From IMG/VR virus record IMGVR_UViG_3300049182_000102, positions 1 to 25,896 of that record: 25,896 nucleotides of DNA; one strand, written 5' to 3'. Source of the DNA: a virus (lineage: Duplodnaviria > Caudoviricetes). A program made the position numbers and the translations under genes. A model generated the notes under the pieces. The model was not told the origin of the DNA and did not search any database. It worked only from the letters and a program-made list of their open reading frames with translations. This document shows positions 8,978 to 18,089 of this stretch, in pieces; position 1 is the first letter of the stretch, and each line of letters starts with the position of its first letter.

Positions 8978-9442
8978 TTATCCAATCAAAACTGCTCCAA
9001 CTGTTGCACTTACCGACGGACCTGTACCGCCGATTACAGCTTTTACGCGCCACGTCGTTGGCAGTATAGCATTGGCAGAAACGTTGGCAGTAACAGGTAA
9101 GCCGATTCCAACAGAAAGAACAGTGCCACCAGTAGCATTCAAAGCTGCAGATTGAAGAATTGTGTAATAGTTGCCCGAAACTTCGTCCCTTCCTTCAACA
9201 GTGATTGTCAAAGTTGGCGTAGTTCCGCTTATAGCAGAAATATTGACATACAGTCTTACTGCTGTAGAAGTCAAATTTGCTAAATCTGAACCGTTGACAG
9301 TTCCTAAACCTGCGGTGGTCAGTGTTAGGATGCTTCCTGCATTCGTATTTGTATTTGTCGGTTTTACAGGAAGAGGCTCGACGTCTGTCACCCTAACAAA
9401 AGTGTTGACTAAAGATTTGAAGAAGCCTAATGTATTGCTCAT
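8978..9442 (-). CDS. Hypothetical beta-rich protein, possibly virion-associated
   Basis: 154 aa, Thr/Gly/Val-rich, AAAGG SD, between portal and scaffold. Confidence 0.6.
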   Translation of the reverse strand: MSNTLGFFKSLVNTFVRVTDVEPLPVKPTNTNTNAGSILTLTTAGLGTVNGSDLANLTSTAVRLYVNISAISGTTPTLTITVEGRDEVSGNYYTILQSAALNATGGTVLSVGIGLPVTANVSANAILPTTWRVKAVIGGTGPSVSATVGAVLIG

Positions 9443-9456
9443 GATATACCTTTCAA

Positions 9457-10995
9457 TTATTTGCCGTTTTGCATTTGGGTACTACTTGGATTTGCGCCTT
9501 TTCCACCTACAGCCATTGAAGCTGAATGCGGAGTTGCGTTTGCGTTGCCTGGTGTCGTGCCATCAGTCTGCTGAAGTGGCGGAGGATTCTTTGCACGAGC
9601 AGCAGCTTCTTCTTCTACTGTCTTCTGAATATCAACAACTTCACCTTTCTGTAAGTTCTGAATAAGCGTCTCGTAGCTGATAGCACTATTCTGCCAAGCT
9701 GCAATAAGAGCGGTGATGGTAAGTGCATCCATCGGTGCAGGGAAGAAGTCCTTATTCAAAGCAATGTTGGCTTCAGTTTCGTCAGCTCCTGCAAATCTGC
9801 AGAACACTTTTAAAGCTTTTGTAAGTCCAATAGAAATTGCTTGACCCATACTTGCCAGCATGGACTGTTCACCGCTACGATGAATAGAAGCTGTATTGGC
9901 AGATTCCACACCATTACCACGCTGTACCTCGAGCATTCGAGCTCCGAGGATTGCCATTTGTGCTTCTTTACGTGCAAGGTTCTTTTCCAATGCGCCTAAG
10001 CCTTCACCTTTGAATTCCAAGAAGCTGGCTTTAGCATCGGGACGCGGGAAGACCCAAGCTGTCATAGAACCAATCATAAAGCTCTGACCTTCTTTTTCTA
10101 CGGTGTAACCGGAAATGACAGGCGTAGGCAGACCAGTAAAATGACAACCGTGTTCGTAATCTGCTGACACACGGTAATGCGCAAGGTTAAGATCAGCGAG
10201 GTCAATCAGCGGAGGTTCATCAACATCCCAAGTTACATCGTCAACACCAATGAATTGGAAAGGGATTTCGTTAAGCACTTTCCCATTTACCATAGGAAAG
10301 GACGTAGAGATTAACCTTTCAACTTCTTTACCTGTCTCCTTATCCTTTTCAATTTGAAAGACACGCACACGATAGCAATTCTGAATTCCTGTAGCGGTTG
10401 CAATGTCGACCAGATCCAAGACACGGTATTGCTCAATTGAAGCATCTTCAAATTCGTCAACTGCAACTGTAGCTTCTTCAGCCAAGACAACAAGTGACAA
10501 TTTAGTCACATTGTTAATAGTACGCGTCTTCCAATTAATAATTGAAAGTGCGCAATAGCTGCGCATAAGCGGACGATGGTTTTCAATCAATGCATCTGCC
10601 TTAGTAGCAGACGGATCGACTTCAGGGTAGTCAACAAAGACGCCTACGCGACCAAGCTTCAAGCATTCTTCTGCAATCTCCAATGCAAAGATGTGCATAG
10701 GAGTTCCGTCCATTGTTACGTTATCCATCATAGCTTTGACGGTATCAGGTAACGTAACAACAGGAGCTTTGCGGAACAGCATACCTTGCAAACCTACAAT
10801 CGTCCGCCAAAAGGCGTTAAAGAATGTGGTACGCTTTTTGTATGCTTCGTAATCTGCAGGCGTTTGATCGGAAAGCTGCGGAAGGTATAATGAGCCTTGC
10901 TCATGGATTCGATCTTGACCTGCTGCAACATCTTCGCAACGGTTCCATTTGTCAACCATTGCTTTGTAATCTGGATGAAGGGTCTTTACTGGCAT
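9457..10995 (-). CDS. Portal protein (DUF4055-like)
   Basis: HPDY...W...D...G...YLP...Y..Y..R..F.N, PPL.DLA.LN.AHYR.SADYE and QM..LGAR motifs; follows the large terminase. Confidence 0.9.
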   Translation of the reverse strand: MPVKTLHPDYKAMVDKWNRCEDVAAGQDRIHEQGSLYLPQLSDQTPADYEAYKKRTTFFNAFWRTIVGLQGMLFRKAPVVTLPDTVKAMMDNVTMDGTPMHIFALEIAEECLKLGRVGVFVDYPEVDPSATKADALIENHRPLMRSYCALSIINWKTRTINNVTKLSLVVLAEEATVAVDEFEDASIEQYRVLDLVDIATATGIQNCYRVRVFQIEKDKETGKEVERLISTSFPMVNGKVLNEIPFQFIGVDDVTWDVDEPPLIDLADLNLAHYRVSADYEHGCHFTGLPTPVISGYTVEKEGQSFMIGSMTAWVFPRPDAKASFLEFKGEGLGALEKNLARKEAQMAILGARMLEVQRGNGVESANTASIHRSGEQSMLASMGQAISIGLTKALKVFCRFAGADETEANIALNKDFFPAPMDALTITALIAAWQNSAISYETLIQNLQKGEVVDIQKTVEEEAAARAKNPPPLQQTDGTTPGNANATPHSASMAVGGKGANPSSTQMQNGK

Positions 10996-10996
10996 T

Positions 10997-12436
10997 TTAA
11001 ACTCCGCTAATTCTTGGTCGGTGAACTATATGATCTGCCGCAAGTACGCGATACCTTGTATCGTCTGCTGCATGGTCTTCTGCATCTGTATCTACATCAT
11101 CTGGATCTTTTTGATCACGTGGAATCGGTGGAACTGTACGGATCCAATCTCGGCAATTATTGAAGACATACAGGCCAGGCTTTTCCTCGTCATTAACCAC
11201 ACTAGCAAGGCGGTCGCGCATCAGCTCCCAACCATTCTTTCTGCTACCAGGCTTCTTATCGGCAGGTGTCCAAAATACACCTTCAGATTCCATGTTTTGA
11301 CCGATCGACGCTTCATCTGTAACTGCATAGATAGCAGAGTCAGCTGGACCGCTATTGACACGGTTTTCAATACCCATTTGACGTTCACGCGACAGGATGC
11401 CAATAGCAACCTGTTTTGCCGTCATGTAGCATCCTTGGTTAGGCTTACCATCAGACCCGTACCACTCTCCAATTCGGAATAATGTCTTAGGCGGAAACAC
11501 TCGTGTAGTTCCGTCCGCCATAACTGCCTCTGTCCCGTCAGACTGAGCCCACCAACCGACACTGAAAGGCTTACTTGAGCCCCAGTCAAAGGAACGGTCA
11601 ATCTTCCAACTGCTTGGGATCTTAAATGGCCGCAGGATGTGTTTATTTGCGTCCCAAAGATCATCGAACATACCACCGGATGTAATGTCCCAAGATCCTT
11701 CAAGCCACGCTTTGCGCTTGTTGGGATCTGTGATCGACTGGAGCGTCTTAACGTACTCTTCACCAAGGTAAGGGTTTTCTTTGATCGAACCAAAGAGGCA
11801 AACTCTTTTGTTTCCATCGGCATCCGTGATAATGTTCCCATAGGGCGCAGGATCAATAAAGTAGTTCTTAACCCAATTGTGTCCAACACCGTAAGGATTT
11901 GTGCTAGACCTAATTAAGCGAGGAATATCAGGTAAGTATGCATGTGGCTGAAAAGAAGATCGGTTGCAAGACTTCATTGATTCATAGCAAGCAATCGAAG
12001 CCCAACTTGTCAATTCTTCCCATCCAATAAAAGGATACTCATGGCCGTGGTAGCTCCAATAATCCTCTTCGTCTTCAAAAGCACGTAGCAGTAATTCTTC
12101 TCCGGTCGGCCACACCCATTTAAGCGAAGAATTTCCGGCAAGAAAGCGAGGCTTTTGTGCTGAACGATTAAACCAGCGCTTCGACTTAGAGATAATGTCA
12201 TCCAAGTGCTTGTAATTTCGTCGAAAAATAACGCCCCGCCAGTAGTCGCCATAACCCCTCCCGCAATATTGCGCAAAGGACATCAACATGCTGTCTGTCT
12301 TTCCAGGTCCACGAGTACCGGCAAAACAAACTTCTCTAATTGGGCTCTGAAGAAATAAGCTCTGGCTTCCAGGCAAAGCTTGCCACAAAGGCTTCGCAAT
12401 CCTTTGTGGTAGTTTATTGACTGGACGTACTAGCAT
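10997..12436 (-). CDS. terL: Terminase large subunit
   Basis: Walker A GTRGPGKT, Walker B FIGWEE, coupling motif STNP, RNase H-like nuclease SFDWG...EDHAADDTRY. Confidence 0.95.
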   Translation of the reverse strand: MLVRPVNKLPQRIAKPLWQALPGSQSLFLQSPIREVCFAGTRGPGKTDSMLMSFAQYCGRGYGDYWRGVIFRRNYKHLDDIISKSKRWFNRSAQKPRFLAGNSSLKWVWPTGEELLLRAFEDEEDYWSYHGHEYPFIGWEELTSWASIACYESMKSCNRSSFQPHAYLPDIPRLIRSSTNPYGVGHNWVKNYFIDPAPYGNIITDADGNKRVCLFGSIKENPYLGEEYVKTLQSITDPNKRKAWLEGSWDITSGGMFDDLWDANKHILRPFKIPSSWKIDRSFDWGSSKPFSVGWWAQSDGTEAVMADGTTRVFPPKTLFRIGEWYGSDGKPNQGCYMTAKQVAIGILSRERQMGIENRVNSGPADSAIYAVTDEASIGQNMESEGVFWTPADKKPGSRKNGWELMRDRLASVVNDEEKPGLYVFNNCRDWIRTVPPIPRDQKDPDDVDTDAEDHAADDTRYRVLAADHIVHRPRISGV

Positions 12437-12438
12437 AT

Positions 12439-12981
12439 TTAATTAATACTCGGAGGTGTGGGCATGACATTAACCACACCAGAGGTGAGTTCTTCTTGTT
12501 GCTTCTTGGCGGCAGCAGCCCACTGCTCAGGCGTCATAACACCAGGCACAACAAAGGCGCCTTCCAATTCGTTTTCAATAGGATCTTTAGTTTTGTCTTT
12601 TGGATCCATACCCATCAAGTTTGCAAGACGAGAAAGTGCAGCAACACGCGCAGCCTGGGAGGAGCCAGGACCACGATAATTCGCTTCGCGCTTTAAACCT
12701 GCTATAATACGTTTCTTTTCTGCTTCTGGATCATCTGCATCTAAACTGGTACTTCCTTCTCGTTTAGCAATCTCGCGTAAGACATACGGTTCGTTCATAA
12801 ATCTGCGGCCGTATTCCTTTGCATACGCCTTGCCATAGCCTACTCGAGTAGCGGCAGCAGTTTCGTCGTAATCAACTAAATATTCTTGGACAAAGAAATC
12901 TCGTAATGCTTTTTCCCGATATGAATAGACACGCTCTTCTTCAGGTTCCATAATGGGCTGATCATCCTGGATGTCGCTCAT
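12439..12981 (-). CDS. terS: Terminase small subunit
   Basis: FVQEYLVDYDETAAATRVGY HTH-type motif and RVAAL..L..L.GM; directly upstream of terL. Start placed at ATG 12981 (GAGGG SD). Confidence 0.85.
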   Translation of the reverse strand: MSDIQDDQPIMEPEEERVYSYREKALRDFFVQEYLVDYDETAAATRVGYGKAYAKEYGRRFMNEPYVLREIAKREGSTSLDADDPEAEKKRIIAGLKREANYRGPGSSQAARVAALSRLANLMGMDPKDKTKDPIENELEGAFVVPGVMTPEQWAAAAKKQQEELTSGVVNVMPTPPSIN

Positions 12982-13012
12982 TTTACCCTCTAGCAATGAT
13001 TAACTATTGCGG

Positions 13013-13042
13013 AGTATATACAGGTCTGTTTAAAGAACGCAA
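13013..13042 (-). promoter_or_regulatory. Sigma70-like promoter for the packaging operon
   Basis: Minus strand TTGCGT-N18-TATACT. Confidence 0.55.
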
Positions 13043-13142
13043 GGAATTTTTATAGGGACGTGCAAAATACACCCTAGGCGCTTGCGGCAAAGCACCTATG
13101 GGTCGTTGTTGCAGTATGGGAAGGGTGTAGGTAGGGTAAGGG

Positions 13143-13169
13143 AAAATAACGCGTTGCCCGCGTTATTTT
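13143..13169. terminator. Hairpin / probable terminator after the VRR-NUC gene
   Basis: Perfect 11-bp stem AAAATAACGCG-TTGCC-CGCGTTATTTT. Confidence 0.65.
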
Positions 13170-13178
13170 AAAGCGCAA

Positions 13179-13574
13179 TTATGCGTCAATAAGGGACATA
13201 TCACTGTCCATGTAGCGAGCGATATAGTCCGCTGCAATCGCCCAATGGTCGGCACATTTATACAAATAGCCTTGAGATACTACAAATTCACCAAACTGTT
13301 TTTGTTCTTTTGATTCTTTACCGCCGGGTTTTTTCATCTCCAAATAGAAACCAGCATACAAGCGTCTTACCGGAATGCAGATGTCTGATACACCAGCTTT
13401 GACACCTTCAGCTCTAAGCTTAGATGCAACAATGATATTCCGCTCACCGCCGTTTGGAATTGCAAACGCCCATTTCAATTCGGGCCAAATGTGGAAATGT
13501 TGAGCCATCCAACAAAACAATGCAGCTTGATGTGAATGCTCTGTGCCCGGTGCAGCAATTTGTTCTGGCGTCAT
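13179..13574 (-). CDS. VRR-NUC family PD-(D/E)xK nuclease
   Basis: EH..Q..LF.W...FAIPNGG.R...A.KL.AEGVKAGVSD...YLEMK...S.EQK.F. ATG 13574 overlaps the upstream TAA. Confidence 0.9.
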   Translation of the reverse strand: MTPEQIAAPGTEHSHQAALFCWMAQHFHIWPELKWAFAIPNGGERNIIVASKLRAEGVKAGVSDICIPVRRLYAGFYLEMKKPGGKESKEQKQFGEFVVSQGYLYKCADHWAIAADYIARYMDSDMSLIDA

Positions 13575-13834
13575 TAATGTTTCCTTGTTATTAGTTCTGG
13601 ACAAATACCAGGCTTAAGAATAATCCTAACTACACCTGTGATTGTGCCAATCTGCAGCTGACCGTCAACTAGCACCAAACCATCCTCGTCTTCTTCATAA
13701 TACATGACAAGATGCCGCTCTTCGTCAACGGTGACAATATTTGGTATTGGTACACCGTTGACAAGAACGGACACAACAACTTCTGTTGCTTCCGGAGAAT
13801 ATCCAGGATCGTCTGGAAAGATAGATAAACGCAT
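13574..13834 (-). CDS. Hypothetical acidic protein
   Basis: 86 aa, coupled to both neighbours; resembles 16651..16896. Confidence 0.7.
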   Translation of the reverse strand: MRLSIFPDDPGYSPEATEVVVSVLVNGVPIPNIVTVDEERHLVMYYEEDEDGLVLVDGQLQIGTITGVVRIILKPGICPELITRKH

Positions 13835-14181
13835 TACAGATTGGTCATAAAGAAAGGAGAGACGTACAAACCACCGTCGTAGAACTTGAGCTTTTTCTGA
13901 TTGTACAAATCAACAAAGCGCTTCATTTGATCTTCATCCAAATGCTGGAAGTAAAACTTGACTGGAAGGTTAGGACTGCCTTCTGTAGCACGGATGTAAA
14001 TTTTGTAGTTCTTGTCCGTACCGCTCATTTGCAAAGTGCCTTCTTCGACACGGCGCATAAATTCTTCACCGCTCAAACTACCACACCATGAACAGGTTTG
14101 ATTAGGGTGATAAAAATCTGCTCCCTGTCCAATTTTAAATACAGCGGAAAAATTTCCCTTTCGCGGGCAATCCATATTCAA
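13834..14181 (-). CDS. Hypothetical protein (CxxC)
   Basis: TCSWCGSL...TDKNYKIY...KFYFQHL; AGGAG SD. Confidence 0.75.
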   Translation of the reverse strand: MNMDCPRKGNFSAVFKIGQGADFYHPNQTCSWCGSLSGEEFMRRVEEGTLQMSGTDKNYKIYIRATEGSPNLPVKFYFQHLDEDQMKRFVDLYNQKKLKFYDGGLYVSPFFMTNL

Positions 14182-14184
14182 CTC

Positions 14185-14502
14185 CTAGCTGTGTAGTCCA
14201 TACGGGTCGTGTTCGACACCGCAATTTGGACAGTAAATAAAAACTTCGTCTTTAATTGTGCAGATGGAAAAATGCTTGTTTCCGCAATTGCAGACAAACT
14301 CTGAATCACCAAAGGCGAATGGGTGTTTCAATCGACCTTTATGTGTACTGCAAGAAGGGCATTCCAACCATCCGTCATTTTCGACATGTGAATCTTTTTG
14401 AACAACCGCAACCCATTCGTGTTTGCAATCAATACAGATTGCAGAACCACTGATGTGTGGGTCCGGTTCTTCTTTTCGCTTGAATGGTACAATATCAGCC
14501 AT
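14185..14502 (-). CDS. Zinc-finger protein
   Basis: CIDC, CPSC, CNC and CPNC. Start MADIVPF overlaps the TGA of the HNH gene. Confidence 0.7.
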   Translation of the reverse strand: MADIVPFKRKEEPDPHISGSAICIDCKHEWVAVVQKDSHVENDGWLECPSCSTHKGRLKHPFAFGDSEFVCNCGNKHFSICTIKDEVFIYCPNCGVEHDPYGLHS

Positions 14503-14813
14503 CAAGTCCTCTTTGCTTTGGTTGGATGCTTGCAATTAGGACTGGATCGCTCCCACTTGTCTTTTGCTTTAGCAGCTCTTTTTGTTTGCCACTGCATATT
14601 TGAAGGGTCGTCCTTACCTCCACAATCGAGCGGAGTAATGTGGTCAATTACATATCCAGGACAGGTTATCTTTTTTAGACCGGTCGACGGACAAGGAAAT
14701 GCATGGACAAAAGCAGACCTCGCTTTATAACTGCGCGTCGTTGCATCTGCTGTAAAGGTCAATGCAGCCAAAGATACAACCGAGATATAAAACAACAGTC
14801 TGCTTTTCATCAT
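14502..14813 (-). CDS. HNH-motif protein with N-terminal signal peptide
   Basis: Signal-like MMKSRLLFYISVVSLAALTFTADA, then PCPSTG...CPGYVIDHITPLDCGGKDDPSNMQWQ; AGGAG SD. Confidence 0.8.
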   Translation of the reverse strand: MMKSRLLFYISVVSLAALTFTADATTRSYKARSAFVHAFPCPSTGLKKITCPGYVIDHITPLDCGGKDDPSNMQWQTKRAAKAKDKWERSSPNCKHPTKAKRT

Positions 14814-14841
14814 GTCTCCTATCAGTTAGGTATTATTGCTT

Positions 14842-14870
14842 AGGGTAAACCAATTTAAAAAGAATTGCAA
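14842..14870 (-). promoter_or_regulatory. Possible promoter for the HNH gene
   Basis: Minus strand TTGCAA-N17-TACCCT in the intergenic gap. Confidence 0.35.
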
Positions 14871-14880
14871 GGTGAAAACT

Positions 14881-15081
14881 TTATCTATTTTCACGATATT
14901 GCAAAACAATCACTCCTTCATTATTCAAATAGAAACGGAATTCAATGCAATCACCTTTCTGCGTCCATACATATTGGACAATTTTCACAACTTGCCCGTA
15001 AAGTTCAAAACTTTGTTCTTTGATAAAACAGTCTCGCAAAACAGAAACGTAATGCTTGATTTTGACGGTGCTTTCAATCAC
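14881..15081 (-). CDS. Hypothetical protein
   Basis: 3' part of ORF 14881..15153. GTG 15081 overlaps the upstream TGA and has an AAGGA SD. Confidence 0.55.
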   Translation of the reverse strand: MIESTVKIKHYVSVLRDCFIKEQSFELYGQVVKIVQYVWTQKGDCIEFRFYLNNEGVIVLQYRENR

Positions 15082-15260
15082 TTTATTTCCTTTATTTCGG
15101 CACAAATGTAACCAGTTTGAGAACGGACAAGCTGCCCACCTTTCTTTTCGCATTCATTCTTTTGAATAACGCCGCAGACAACCAAGAAAGTAAGAAAGAC
15201 AACCGCCACAACAAGACACGCTATTGCTGCAATATTATCGATATGCATTTTTCGCCTCAA
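15078..15260 (-). CDS. Small membrane protein
   Basis: One hydrophobic helix followed by C..KGG.LV.....Y.C. Confidence 0.65.
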   Translation of the reverse strand: MRRKMHIDNIAAIACLVVAVVFLTFLVVCGVIQKNECEKKGGQLVRSQTGYICAEIKEIK

Positions 15261-15478
15261 TAAGGAATAAAGCTTGCTTTAAAATCTTTGATATCGCGTT
15301 CGTAAACAGTCTTATCTGTACCATTGAACTTGAGGTAGACAATGTTATCGACTTCCACCCACTTGGCGTCTTTCTTTGACATTTTAACATGCGCTATCAC
15401 AGTATAAACACCCTGAGACTTTTCGTGCATGTAATTACAACCAGGCTTGATTTCAAAATCAGGTTTATTAGCAGCCAT
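15257..15478 (-). CDS. DUF1653-like SH3-fold protein
   Basis: Y.H.K...Y.VI......IVY.......VY.R...DF pattern. Confidence 0.55.
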   Translation of the reverse strand: MAANKPDFEIKPGCNYMHEKSQGVYTVIAHVKMSKKDAKWVEVDNIVYLKFNGTDKTVYERDIKDFKASFIPY

Positions 15479-15771
15479 TATTGCCCCTGTTCTTTAGAGA
15501 TTTCAAGTGAACCGTAAACAATTGCCAAGTCTGCACTGGAACCAAACTTGGAACGAAGAAAGTTTAACCGTTCTCGGACATATCCAATTTCTTCTTGTTC
15601 CTTTTTAGGGAGTTGGGATATTGCTTCCCGCATTGCCTGGATCCGCAATTCCGCCGGTGTTGGCGTATGAGGCGGAACGAAATGCATCCTCACATTCTGT
15701 GCTTCGCCTACTTCCTTGTTGTCCACTAACAGTTTTGCGACTTGCGGAGGCTTCTCGCTTGGATTTGACAT
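15478..15771 (-). CDS. Hypothetical protein
   Basis: Start MSNPSEK with GAAGGA SD; stop overlaps the next start. Confidence 0.6.
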   Translation of the reverse strand: MSNPSEKPPQVAKLLVDNKEVGEAQNVRMHFVPPHTPTPAELRIQAMREAISQLPKKEQEEIGYVRERLNFLRSKFGSSADLAIVYGSLEISKEQGQ

Positions 15772-15863
15772 TTGATTTTCCTTCAATGTAAAGATTGATT
15801 TGATTGACAGCTAAGAGGAACAAGACAATAGAGACAACTGATTTGCTTGCTTCAAAGATAATT

Positions 15864-16160
15864 CTAAGGCTTTTCATTTTTAACGATAGTTACCTTACCA
15901 CCTGGATGGCGCAATGCAGGCATAGGTTTGCCATCAATGTAAGTAATAATTGGCTTCGGATATCTCAAAACGCGGCTGACACCAGCTACTTCCGGTCCCG
16001 CTGCACCAACGTCCGATAACCACACTCGTAGCGTGCGGCGGGCGACGCGGCGAGCTTCACGTCGTTCATCGTGGCTCATAGCGACGATACCTAGACTGAT
16101 TCGAATTGCTTCAACAACTTCCGGTGTAGCAATATATTGTTTTTTGATTTCTTCACTCAT
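15864..16160 (-). CDS. Hypothetical basic protein
   Basis: 98-aa ORF in operon orientation with an Arg-rich middle. Confidence 0.6.
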   Translation of the reverse strand: MSEEIKKQYIATPEVVEAIRISLGIVAMSHDERREARRVARRTLRVWLSDVGAAGPEVAGVSRVLRYPKPIITYIDGKPMPALRHPGGKVTIVKNEKP

Positions 16161-16169
16161 TTCATTCTT

Positions 16170-16544
16170 TCAAGAGTTATAAACCTTAATTCCACTATCT
16201 TTCAAAATGTCAAGGACTGCGCAAAGTACAGGATCTTCACCAGGCGCACTGGATTTGCTTGAATGCAAACGGTTCCTTAATGCAGTTAAAGAAAAAGACT
16301 TCTGTTCGACAGCAGGCTTAGGCCGTTTATCAACCTTCCATACAGCAGTCCAGCGGCAATCTTCACATATATCAATATGTCCACCGTTATGAACCTTTAC
16401 AGGGACAACGTCAATAGTTACTTCCACTGCAAGCAAAGAACGACCAGCTTGAAGCGCGACTTCTTCAGTCTTACCGCTTAGACGAGCTGTACCTTCACCA
16501 TATTGCATTTCTTTCCCGCAGCAATCACAAAATATGCGTTTCAT
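16170..16544 (-). CDS. Hypothetical Zn-binding protein
   Basis: MKRIFCDCCG...DICEDC; AAGGA SD before ATG 16544. Confidence 0.65.
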   Translation of the reverse strand: MKRIFCDCCGKEMQYGEGTARLSGKTEEVALQAGRSLLAVEVTIDVVPVKVHNGGHIDICEDCRWTAVWKVDKRPKPAVEQKSFSLTALRNRLHSSKSSAPGEDPVLCAVLDILKDSGIKVYNS

Positions 16545-16545
16545 T

Positions 16546-16650
16546 TTAATCCTTTGAAGTAAAGTGTAAAGATTTGAATAGCTTCTTAAACGGCAGATAA
16601 AACACATAGACAAGAGCAAGCACGCTCATAATGCCTAATACAGTTCTCAT
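16546..16650 (-). CDS. 34-aa membrane peptide (not in ORF track)
   Basis: MRTVLGIMSVLALVYVFYLPFKKLFKSLHFTSKD; GAGGA SD; fills the gap exactly. Confidence 0.55.
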   Translation of the reverse strand: MRTVLGIMSVLALVYVFYLPFKKLFKSLHFTSKD

Positions 16651-16896
16651 TTATTCCTCATCAGGATAGAAAATACATACATTGCCGTACTTCAATTCTC
16701 TTTCAAGCTTTCCGTCTTTAAAAGAATAGTTGCCTCCTCTGTCTCGCTTTACACGGATAACATATCCTTTCTGTGCATGTGCTTCGAAACAGTCCATTAT
16801 CTTATTGCCGTTGAAGTAAATCTCCACTTTAAACGGATCAATATCCGCCCTAAAGTACCGACTGTTTTTATCTACTGAAACAAACGGAAGGTTCAC
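16651..16896 (-). CDS. Hypothetical protein, probable paralog of 13574..13834
   Basis: 81 aa; GTG start overlaps the upstream TGA. Confidence 0.65.
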   Translation of the reverse strand: MNLPFVSVDKNSRYFRADIDPFKVEIYFNGNKIMDCFEAHAQKGYVIRVKRDRGGNYSFKDGKLERELKYGNVCIFYPDEE

Positions 16897-17096
16897 AACT
16901 GGCCTCTGTATTCGCAGATGTAAAATTCAGGTGGTTCTCCAACCCTTTCAGCTATTGTATAAGTCCAATCTGTAGAAACAAGTTCGAAAACAATAGCTTC
17001 CAGCATGGAGCGCGTTTGCTGCCACCTAGGCAGCTTATTAAAAGCTTCCCGCACTTTATCTTGCAATGCGCAAGCTCTTTTGTAATTAGGATCCAT
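16893..17096 (-). CDS. Hypothetical protein
   Basis: 67 aa, translationally coupled on both sides. Confidence 0.6.
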   Translation of the reverse strand: MDPNYKRACALQDKVREAFNKLPRWQQTRSMLEAIVFELVSTDWTYTIAERVGEPPEFYICEYRGQL

Positions 17097-17539
17097 TAGA
17101 AATCAACTTTAAAAGTTGGCAAGGTAGGACGTGTAAGAAATTTAGGTGTCCAACGAAGCATTGGATTTTCAAACCGCTTGAAACTTGAAAACCGATAGTC
17201 ATCTTTTTCAGCTAACCTTTCGTAAAGCGGAATAAGACAATCGTCCAACCATTCAAGACGCAACTCTATACGCCTTCGAACAACATTCCTAAATTTATAA
17301 TGGACGTATTCGTCCAAATAAGAATAAGGATTTAGCATCAACATTATTGTCTTTTTTATATCTTCTACAATGAAGCGTTGAAACCCGTAAAAGTGATAAG
17401 CTTTATCCAAAGCTGAACAGACGTAATTGCTTTCTCTTCTTTCAATTATCTGACGAGCAGCCTTCAAAGCGTCCACATGTTTTTGAGTCACAAGGTAAAC
17501 TTCAATGTAATAGACATTTTCATGCAAAGGATTAAACAT
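17096..17539 (-). CDS. Hypothetical protein
   Basis: 147 aa; GGAG SD; L..AR..I......YVC.AL and R.EWLD motifs. Confidence 0.65.
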   Translation of the reverse strand: MFNPLHENVYYIEVYLVTQKHVDALKAARQIIERRESNYVCSALDKAYHFYGFQRFIVEDIKKTIMLMLNPYSYLDEYVHYKFRNVVRRRIELRLEWLDDCLIPLYERLAEKDDYRFSSFKRFENPMLRWTPKFLTRPTLPTFKVDF

Positions 17540-17540
17540 A

Positions 17541-17735
17541 CTATTTGACTCCGCTCAGTATGCTATTGATAAAACCTTGCAGCGGGCTCGGTTCTTTTGC
17601 ATTCAAAGCTTTGCAAAACTGGTTGGCTTTTGTCTGCAAATGCATGGACGGATATTCGTTTACAAAGGACAACCGGCTTCTTGTAATCCAAGTCCAACGA
17701 CCGTTACGCTTAACAATATGAATTTTCGTTTTCAT
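17541..17735 (-). CDS. Hypothetical basic protein
   Basis: Start MKTKIHIVKRNGRW with GGAG SD. Confidence 0.55.
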   Translation of the reverse strand: MKTKIHIVKRNGRWTWITRSRLSFVNEYPSMHLQTKANQFCKALNAKEPSPLQGFINSILSGVK

Positions 17736-17736
17736 C

Positions 17737-18078
17737 TTACTTCTCCAGTTTACATTGCAGTTCTTGAAGTTCAAGCTGAGTTTTAATTTGCCTTGCTTTC
17801 ATGTCTACATAAGCTTGTGCAGGGACTTCATGGAAGCAATTGACGATGCGAGTCAGTGTTTCAAGATTGATTTCAATTTTACCTCCCTTTTCAAGGATAC
17901 CTTTTTCATATGAAGTAATGAACAATTCTTCTTTAAGGATCCCAGTAACTTCAAAAGAGGTCAACGGTTTATCTGTTACTTGGCGTTCGTGTCGTGTTCG
18001 CATACGTTTTTCCTTGTCTGGTGTGCCCGGTGGACGACCAAGCTTACGTTTCATTGAAGGTAGAGAAAGACTAGACAT
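17737..18078 (-). CDS. Hypothetical protein with AT-hook-like N-terminus
   Basis: KRKLGRPPG motif; AGGAGG SD. Confidence 0.7.
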   Translation of the reverse strand: MSSLSLPSMKRKLGRPPGTPDKEKRMRTRHERQVTDKPLTSFEVTGILKEELFITSYEKGILEKGGKIEINLETLTRIVNCFHEVPAQAYVDMKARQIKTQLELQELQCKLEK

Positions 18079-18089
18079 AGTGCCTCCTA

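Noticed and set aside
14502-14813. HK97 gp74-like packaging HNH or homing endonuclease
   Set aside because: It has a signal-peptide-like N-terminus, no extra DNA-binding domain, and is separated from terS by four genes and a terminator.
15605-15877. 90-aa minus-strand ORF with a hydrophobic N-terminus
   Set aside because: It overlaps the better-supported 15478..15771 gene by about 170 bp. It could be real, but I cannot support it, and it has no lipobox to suggest a spanin pair.
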